64,000 bases of DNA, from positions 124,001 to 188,000 of IMG/VR virus record IMGVR_UViG_3300028883_000032, one strand, 5' to 3'. The position numbers and the translations under genes are program-made. This document shows, piece by piece, positions 36,539 through 42,409 of the stretch; position 1 is the stretch's first letter, and each line of letters starts with the position of its first letter. The notes beneath the pieces were generated by a model. The model worked only from the letters and a program-made list of their open reading frames with translations, was not told the origin of the DNA and did no database searches.

Positions 36539-36760
36539 AAGCTGTTAGAGCTCGCCCCTTATCCTCTAAGGGAACCATAGTGATTCGCTATGGTAATGTA
36601 CATTCAAACATAATTCAACACGGGCCTTTCGGCCCTATAACATGGTTATGTCCTCAAATTAGGATAGGATGATTTATAACGCCATCAAAGATGGCTATAA
36701 TGCGATCCTAAAAATTCTGATCGCCTCCTTCCCCGCGCCCTTCCGGCGATGTAACAGCTT
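36539..36760 (+). ncRNA. retron msr-msd unit 1 (222 nt)
   Basis: IR AAGCTGTTA/TAACAGCTT; G36548 opposite G36751; stem-loops CCCTTA/TAAGGG and ACCATAGTG-ATT-CGCTATGGT. Confidence 0.8.
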
Positions 36761-36805
36761 GTTCTAACCTGTCAATCTAACAGTTGACTACTGGTTTATA
36801 GATTA

Positions 36806-37225
36806 TGGAGAGGGGCTACCTCTAGTTTTTATACACTAGAAAGATAAGTGTTACGCTTATCTTGTCCTTTGTTCATTCCATAGCAGCATAATTCCACTTC
36901 TCATCCCCTCGACTTCGGCCGCGTTGGCCTCGTCTCAAGGATTCGAATTGGAAGCATTTACAATTTTATGCTGTTATGAATGAACTCGAGTTTTGCCCAC
37001 CAGCACCCAGTTATTTTCTGGGATCACAATTGCACACGCAGGCCGACGGCCATGGTCCCTGGGCCGGCTGCCTAACTGCAGGTATAATTCAACGTTTTGA
37101 AACGGCGCCAAAATTTAAACAAATTAAAAAGTGGCTAACGCACAATCGATGAGGATCCTCCGGATCCTTAAGGATCTAGCGCTAATGCATGCCTCTTTTA
37201 CTAAAAAAAGCGCTCGCCCTCTCCA
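36806..37225 (+). ncRNA. retron msr-msd unit 2 (420 nt)
   Basis: IR TGGAGAGGG/CCCTCTCCA; G36815 opposite G37216; stem-loops TCTAGT/ACTAGA and AAGATAAGTG-TTA-CGCTTATCTT; long hairpin 36871-36985. Confidence 0.78.
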
Positions 37226-37245
37226 ATAGAGTAACCTATGAACCG

Positions 37246-37335
37246 TCAGTTACAGAACCATTTGTGTATATTTCCCAATACACAACTGGGTGTTTCGCCC
37301 AGAAAGTGAAAAGAGTACTGATTATGTGTAACTGA
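37246..37335 (+). ncRNA. retron msr-msd unit 3 (90 nt, minimal)
   Basis: IR TCAGTTACA/TGTAACTGA; G37255 opposite G37326; stem-loops TTGTGTAT/ATACACAA and CTGGGTG-TTT-CGCCCAG. Confidence 0.78.
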
Positions 37336-37357
37336 ACCAACTTTGGTTGGTTTTTTT
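37335..37357 (+). terminator. intrinsic terminator between the ncRNA array and the RT gene
   Basis: AACCAAC-TTTG-GTTGGTT plus T5. Confidence 0.7.
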
Positions 37358-37376
37358 AGTTAACCAATTTTAACAA

Positions 37377-38306
37377 ATGACTAAACAATCTATAAGCATA
37401 TATAGTGTCCTTGATAAATCTCAAGAATATATAGAAGATATTATCTCTAACAAAGAAAAGCATTATATTACTTTTAGAATACCAAAACGTAATGGGCGTT
37501 TTCGTAAAATAGAGGCTCCTGACGACGCCTTAAAAGAGTTACAAACCACAATAAACGAAAAAGTATTTTCTATTTATAAACCCCATCGTATAGCGCACGG
37601 ATTTATTTCTAATAGATCGCCGAAAACAAATGCGGAAGCGCATGTGGGGGCAAAAATAATCGTGGAAGTGGATATAAAGGATTTTTTCCCATCCATTAAA
37701 AAAGACAGGGTTATTAAAGTACTTGAGTACTTATTTGTTCAAAAAGCTGGAATGTTTAAATCTTCCGCCCATAAGCAGGAAGCAATAAAAGTCATATCAG
37801 AATTAATTACTCACCATGATAGGCTACCCCAAGGAGCCCCAACTAGTCCACCGTTTAGTAATCTATCGGTGCTAGGAATGGATAAAGACTTATTAAAATT
37901 AGAAGAGCCTTATGGTGCAACCGTAACTAGATACGCAGATGATATCACAATGTCATCAGAATACAATGTACAATTGCCACAAGTTATCCCGGAATTACGT
38001 AAAATAGTGACCAAATATGGGTTTAAATTAAACAACGTTAAGACTCGAGTTATTCGACAAAATCGTAGGATGTTGGTAACTGGAGTAGTAGTTAACGAAA
38101 AACCGAACATTAGAAAGGATGTTCGACGTAGTTTAAGAGCTAAATTACATAATTACAATAGGGATCACACCCCTATCACCCAAGAAGAATACCAACGTAT
38201 TCAGGGGCAAATTGCTTGGATTAAGTATTTAAACCCTCTCCATGGAGATAGGCTCGGAGAACAATTGGACCGCGTTCAACGAGAAGAACCCACAGTAGTC
38301 TTATAG
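37377..38306 (+). CDS. retron-type reverse transcriptase (309 aa)
   Basis: IPKRNG..R.I.AP, AHGF, NAEAH (NAxxH), VDIKDFFPSI, LPQGAPTSP, TRYADDI, NNVKTR, VTGVVVN (VTG). Confidence 0.93.
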   Translation: MTKQSISIYSVLDKSQEYIEDIISNKEKHYITFRIPKRNGRFRKIEAPDDALKELQTTINEKVFSIYKPHRIAHGFISNRSPKTNAEAHVGAKIIVEVDIKDFFPSIKKDRVIKVLEYLFVQKAGMFKSSAHKQEAIKVISELITHHDRLPQGAPTSPPFSNLSVLGMDKDLLKLEEPYGATVTRYADDITMSSEYNVQLPQVIPELRKIVTKYGFKLNNVKTRVIRQNRRMLVTGVVVNEKPNIRKDVRRSLRAKLHNYNRDHTPITQEEYQRIQGQIAWIKYLNPLHGDRLGEQLDRVQREEPTVVL

Positions 38307-38309
38307 GCT

Positions 38310-38480
38310 ATGAAAAAACATAAGTTCTGGTGGATGTACAAATTCACTAACAGCATATTGCTGATGGTCCAGTATTTATTTTATAGAAGAGAGGGTGGTA
38401 TTGTTGCCTCATTTCAAAGCATTATTAACAATTGGGTTAAAAGAAACAGACCCGGACAACACGAGAAGAAAAAGAATTAA
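38310..38480 (+). CDS. small ORF (56 aa) directly after the RT
   Basis: Hand-translated MKKHKFWWMYKFTNSILLMVQYLFY...; starts 3 nt after the RT stop. Confidence 0.4.
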   Translation: MKKHKFWWMYKFTNSILLMVQYLFYRREGGIVASFQSIINNWVKRNRPGQHEKKKN

Positions 38481-38644
38481 TTATACGAAGGGTAGGGATA
38501 TTATAAAATGGTATCGTGCCCCTAGTATATCCGATGCAATGGGTATATCTCGTAAAACGAGATACTCAAGGATTAAATATATCACTGAAATAAGTCACGA
38601 TGATTATGTCAAAGGTGTAGCGCGCCACCACGAATATTAAAATT

Positions 38645-38653
38645 GGCATAAGA
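38645..38653 (+). promoter_or_regulatory. GGHATAAGA promoter-like motif (GGCATAAGA)
   Basis: Upstream of the structured non-coding region and tRNA-like element. Confidence 0.55.
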
Positions 38654-38777
38654 ATATGTGGCGAGGGCGGTGCCCACCAGAAACCTCGTGTTTCTGGCCC
38701 TAAAATATGTGGGACATAAAAAACATTTAGAAACTATTGAAGAAGTATTTAGTGCATTTAGAGAATATTAGATAAGT

Positions 38778-38850
38778 GTTACTGTAGCTCAATTAGTAGA
38801 GCGCCCCGCGATAAAACGGGGAGGTGTTGGAGCAAGGCCAACCAGTAATA
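38778..38850 (+). tRNA. tRNA-like element with a non-canonical T loop and an 8-nt anticodon loop (pseudo-tRNA)
   Basis: All four stems pair (GTTACTG/CAGTAAT, GCTC/GAGC, CCCCG/CGGGG, GTTGG/CCAAC); loops CGATAAAA and AGCAAGG. Confidence 0.65.
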
Positions 38851-38993
38851 GAGAGATTGTCCGCCGGGTCTAGCAAATAGATATTCGTAAAGGCAAGCTA
38901 GTACTTCCCCGCTGGGGTGGTCTCTCATTTTTTAGCCTATTGATTTTTACTACGGAAATGTGTATATTAATATACAACAACCAAGTATTATAT

Positions 38994-40340
38994 ATGGCTA
39001 GAAAACCTAGAATTTTAGCATGGTGTGATACTCCCACAGTAACTACCGGTTTTGGAAATGTGGCAAAAAATTTGCTTAGAGATGCCCATAAAGAGTTCGA
39101 TATTGATATAGTAGGTATTAATTACTGGGGGACTAAAAAATATGATACAGACAAGTGGTTCATTTATTCTACTGGACACAATATGGATCAGATGGGATAC
39201 AAAGTTCTTCCACTAGCCATGGAAAGCAGTAAACCCGATCTTGTTTTTTTATTCCAAGACTTGTTTGCTATCGATTTAGCATACCCATTAATACGCAAAG
39301 TAGATAAAGATACTCCTGTTGTCATATATTTTCCGATAGATGGTGGACCATTCAGTCGTACATGGGGAAATGTTTTAGAAGACAAAGGCATAAAGAAAAT
39401 ATTCACCTATTCTGAATTTGCAAACAGAGAAATACTTAAAGTAGTTCCAGATCTAAATAAAGAGTTAGAAATAATGTATCATGGAGTTGATGTGGATACA
39501 TTTAAACTTCTTCCCAAAGAGGAGGTGGACGAATTTAACCGTAGTAGGGGCTGGGATGGTAGGTTTGTAATGATGAATCTTAATAAATTTCAGCCTCGAA
39601 AAAATATCATGAACACAGTACTGGTGGGGTCACTGTTGGTTCATGGGTACAAGAAATGCAGATGCGGGCACTATTATTTATCAAAATATGATACTTGCGA
39701 TTTAAACGGTTGTGGTCAAGAGGACGTAATAGAAGAAGTTAAACCAAAACGTGATATAACTTTATATATGCACATGAACATAATGGAGCGTATAATGGGA
39801 CCATTAAGATCATGTGGGTTGTCTGCCATTGCATTAAATACAGGATGGACCGATGCCGATATAGACAAATATGGTACTTTGGCCCTTCTTGATCCTGAAA
39901 GGAATTTAGTATCAAACCCCTTCAGTGAAGAAGAATTAAATATGTTATATAACGCAATAAGCGTAAATATAACAACAACTTTGGGAGAAGGGTGTGGTTT
40001 ATCACTGTTAGAAAGTGCCGCCACAGGCACAACTAGTATAGCACCCAACCATAGTGCAATTCCAGAACAAATAGGTGACACCGGGCACCTTGTAAAAAAT
40101 GCAGCATACTTCTCTATGCACAATGATAATTCTCACATGCGTCCAATAGTGAGTGTTCCCGCGATGGTTGATGCGGTTGAAATTGAATATAAGAAATGGC
40201 TAGACAATGGCAGGGAAAAAATAATAAATTATGCTGCAATAGAACGGGTTCATGAGAAGTTTTTATGGGACGATAAACGTGAACAATTAATGTCTGCTTT
40301 TAGAGAATTAACCAAAGATGTAAACAATGAAAAAGAGTGA
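38994..40340 (+). CDS. glycosyltransferase, GT4 (GT-B) type
   Basis: ILAWCDTPTVTTGFGNVA, MYHGVD, NKFQPRKN, EGCGLSLLESAATG; Cys-rich insert CRCG..CDLNGC. Confidence 0.88.
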   Translation: MARKPRILAWCDTPTVTTGFGNVAKNLLRDAHKEFDIDIVGINYWGTKKYDTDKWFIYSTGHNMDQMGYKVLPLAMESSKPDLVFLFQDLFAIDLAYPLIRKVDKDTPVVIYFPIDGGPFSRTWGNVLEDKGIKKIFTYSEFANREILKVVPDLNKELEIMYHGVDVDTFKLLPKEEVDEFNRSRGWDGRFVMMNLNKFQPRKNIMNTVLVGSLLVHGYKKCRCGHYYLSKYDTCDLNGCGQEDVIEEVKPKRDITLYMHMNIMERIMGPLRSCGLSAIALNTGWTDADIDKYGTLALLDPERNLVSNPFSEEELNMLYNAISVNITTTLGEGCGLSLLESAATGTTSIAPNHSAIPEQIGDTGHLVKNAAYFSMHNDNSHMRPIVSVPAMVDAVEIEYKKWLDNGREKIINYAAIERVHEKFLWDDKREQLMSAFRELTKDVNNEKE

Positions 40341-40899
40341 ATTGTTAATTTATATACTGGGTAGAGCTAATAAGATAGTAAACATTACATATGACAAAAA
40401 TGTCGGCATAGAATATTTAGCACTCCAAGCCGCCATTGAATTATTTAATAGTTCTGATATAGGTCATAAATATAAAGCATCATATCTGGTAATGAATCCT
40501 AGTGATATTGCTGAACTAAAAAATAAAATGGGGCATGTGGAAGAAAGTTCAATAGAAGATGAGGCATATCCAATATTATTTGGTATGAAGATTATTGAAA
40601 CAAATGAAGTGTCTCCAGGATGTGTGATAGCTTCCGCATCAGAAGAATATTTGACCGAGTTTCCCAATACTGTTGCAAAAGCAGTAAAAGTTGATAAAAA
40701 CAAAATTAGTAAGTTTTACACTAACGCCACTGCCGATGAGCATGATGGGGAGGAAACTGACTTAATGGAAGTGCGTAATGTAATTTATTATCGTAAATTA
40801 GTTCCGCACAAGCCGGGATGGCGTGAAGTGATGATAGAAGGAAACCCTCCAAAGGAATTGAATGGCTGGCCTTATCGAGTTTTTAAAAAACCAGAGTAA
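40327..40899 (+). CDS. hypothetical protein with weak resemblance to an HK97-fold capsid fragment
   Basis: LVMNPSD..EL...PILFGMKIIETNEVSPG; resemblance by eye only. Confidence 0.5.
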   Translation: MKKSELLIYILGRANKIVNITYDKNVGIEYLALQAAIELFNSSDIGHKYKASYLVMNPSDIAELKNKMGHVEESSIEDEAYPILFGMKIIETNEVSPGCVIASASEEYLTEFPNTVAKAVKVDKNKISKFYTNATADEHDGEETDLMEVRNVIYYRKLVPHKPGWREVMIEGNPPKELNGWPYRVFKKPE

Positions 40900-40905
40900 C
40901 CAATT

Positions 40906-41199
40906 ATGCCTTTACCTTGTTGTGCACTATGTTATGAAAAATACTTAACTATTGATGACGTAGATATGGAGAAGTATGGTTCAGAAGGATCATTACCTTT
41001 AGAAAAGCGTAGGGATTGGTATTTTAAGGAGCACTTAAAAAAAGATGGTGAAGACTTAACTTTTCACCAAGACCAGTTCGATGAAGCTTTAGCTAGATAT
41101 CAGGAAAAATATGGCGATAGATACTGGGTCATGCACAAGGGCAAGAACGGGGTTTGTGACTGTGACTGTCATGTTCATGGGCTTAATTTACGGCATTAA
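40906..41199 (+). CDS. Cys/His-rich hypothetical protein
   Basis: CCALC ... CDCDCH. Confidence 0.65.
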   Translation: MPLPCCALCYEKYLTIDDVDMEKYGSEGSLPLEKRRDWYFKEHLKKDGEDLTFHQDQFDEALARYQEKYGDRYWVMHKGKNGVCDCDCHVHGLNLRH

Positions 41200-41204
41200 T
41201 TTAA

Positions 41205-41257
41205 GGTATAAGAATTTGTGTAACCCCACTAATTGGTGGGGTTTTTTCGGTATAAGA
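41205..41257 (+). promoter_or_regulatory. two GGTATAAGA motifs (41205, 41249) flanking a terminator (41222-41247)
   Basis: AACCCCAC/GTGGGGTT plus T4 between the two motif copies. Confidence 0.6.
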
Positions 41258-41290
41258 TTGTATCTTATACATTTACTTCTTGGAGGTCAG

Positions 41291-41476
41291 ATGTCAAAGT
41301 TTCAACCACTGCCAGCTCGTTGCCCCAATAAGAAATGTAAGGGGCGAAAACGCAAGAAATCTACGCTCGTTTGGCATGGAATCGGCATGAAATACGATGG
41401 ACACTGTACGTCGTGTGGTCATAACTTCAATATAACTCTAACCCATTCCCACCAGCAACGTTTAACAATGTGTTGA
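41291..41476 (+). CDS. small zinc-ribbon protein
   Basis: GGAGG SD; CPNKKC ... CTSCG. Confidence 0.6.
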   Translation: MSKFQPLPARCPNKKCKGRKRKKSTLVWHGIGMKYDGHCTSCGHNFNITLTHSHQQRLTMC

Positions 41477-41504
41477 GATTGGGTGAAAAAGAAAGTGAGG
41501 TCTC

Positions 41505-41846
41505 ATGGCGTCCAAAAAAAGGTGGTTGGAGGCTAGTGAAAAGATCGCTGTCCTCTGTGATAGAGAAAGTCAGCCGCGCATCTGCCCTTTTTGTTACCTT
41601 GCAAGGTACTCGAAAAATAGCTTTATTTGCGAGATGTGCGTCTATCAGTACATCTCTGAAGGGCTCGAAATAAACGAGAAGCCTGGGGTTAGCTCTCTTA
41701 ACGGCTACCACCACATCTGCCTTCATGTCGGACCCGCACTATACACCATACCGCGGGGGATATGGCACCGTACCGTTGTGCAAGAGAGGATCAAGGCCAT
41801 GCCTGACGAGCATCCGCTCTTCAAGGTGGGGAATGAAGAAACATGA
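41505..41846 (+). CDS. Cys-rich hypothetical protein
   Basis: CPFC ... CEMC ... HIC; GAGG upstream. Confidence 0.55.
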   Translation: MASKKRWLEASEKIAVLCDRESQPRICPFCYLARYSKNSFICEMCVYQYISEGLEINEKPGVSSLNGYHHICLHVGPALYTIPRGIWHRTVVQERIKAMPDEHPLFKVGNEET

Positions 41847-42018
41847 AGTTTTCGTAAGTAACCCGAAAGGGGAGAAAGGGGCCATAGGCTTAAAGCACAG
41901 TGTTTTATGCTTGGGATAAACGTCCGCCGGTAACCCCGCTGGGGCGCCCGAGAAAAATTGATCTGCGCTTCCCTACGGCATAAGGGGAAGCCTAAGACCA
42001 AATCTTGCCTACCTTACG

Positions 42019-42048
42019 AAAAAGGCTCTCATATTTGAGAGCCTTTTT
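42019..42048. terminator. bidirectional terminator between the converging arms
   Basis: AAAAAGGCTCTC-ATATTT-GAGAGCCTTTTT. Confidence 0.85.
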
Positions 42049-42233
42049 TAGTCTAAGTCTTCTTTAGCCCATTCCAAAAGAACATAGGCTTTTGGGTTGG
42101 TTCCTTGAGACATAAATATCCTTTTATCTAGAATAATAACTTCCGGATCGTTTATTAATGATTCTAACATTTGTTTTTGGTCGTCGATATCTATACAAAA
42201 TTTATCTACGAAATGGACTAAATTATCATCCAT
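42048..42233 (-). CDS. hypothetical protein (61 aa)
   Basis: ORF track; AGGAG upstream on the - strand. Confidence 0.6.
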   Translation of the reverse strand: MDDNLVHFVDKFCIDIDDQKQMLESLINDPEVIILDKRIFMSQGTNPKAYVLLEWAKEDLD

Positions 42234-42235
42234 TT

Positions 42236-42397
42236 TTACTCTCCTTCGCGGACAGCTTCGGCGAGTTTAGTTTCCTCTTGGGTGTCAGGTTTCCATTCAC
42301 CGGTTTTTTCTAGCTTTTTTTTCTCGGATGTAGAGACTTCTTTTTTTTCTCCTGTTTTGTCATTAACCATGACATTAACATCACCATATTTTTCCAT
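42236..42397 (-). CDS. small charged protein (53 aa)
   Basis: Hand-translated MEKYGDVNVMVNDKTGEKKEV...; AGGAG upstream. Confidence 0.55.
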   Translation of the reverse strand: MEKYGDVNVMVNDKTGEKKEVSTSEKKKLEKTGEWKPDTQEETKLAEAVREGE

Positions 42398-42409
42398 TGT
42401 TACTCCTGG

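Noticed and set aside
37041-37072. Resemblance to the HDV ribozyme 5' end (GGCC..CATGGTCCC..GCCGGCTG)
   Set aside because: No P3/L3, P1.1 or J4/2 elements; better explained by the CGGCC/GGCCG stem and clustered palindromes.
36983-37214. Cloning-vector polylinker contamination
   Set aside because: The site order does not match common MCSs (no EcoRI, HindIII, KpnI or SalI), and the segment sits inside a natural inverted-repeat-closed unit; read-level confirmation is still advisable.
36502-37376. CRISPR array or simple repeat array upstream of the RT
   Set aside because: No constant-length direct repeats; the units share structure, not sequence, and no cas genes are in the window.
37377-38306. 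RT as a DGR, group II intron or Abi/DRT-type enzyme
   Set aside because: It has NAxxH and VTG retron motifs, is only 309 aa with no maturase or endonuclease domain, and no avd gene or TR/VR pair was seen.
38851-38927. Theta (HDV-like) ribozyme at the 3' end of the tRNA-like element
   Set aside because: The stem order is not the HDV double pseudoknot, and no P4, catalytic C or P2' follows the P1 partner.
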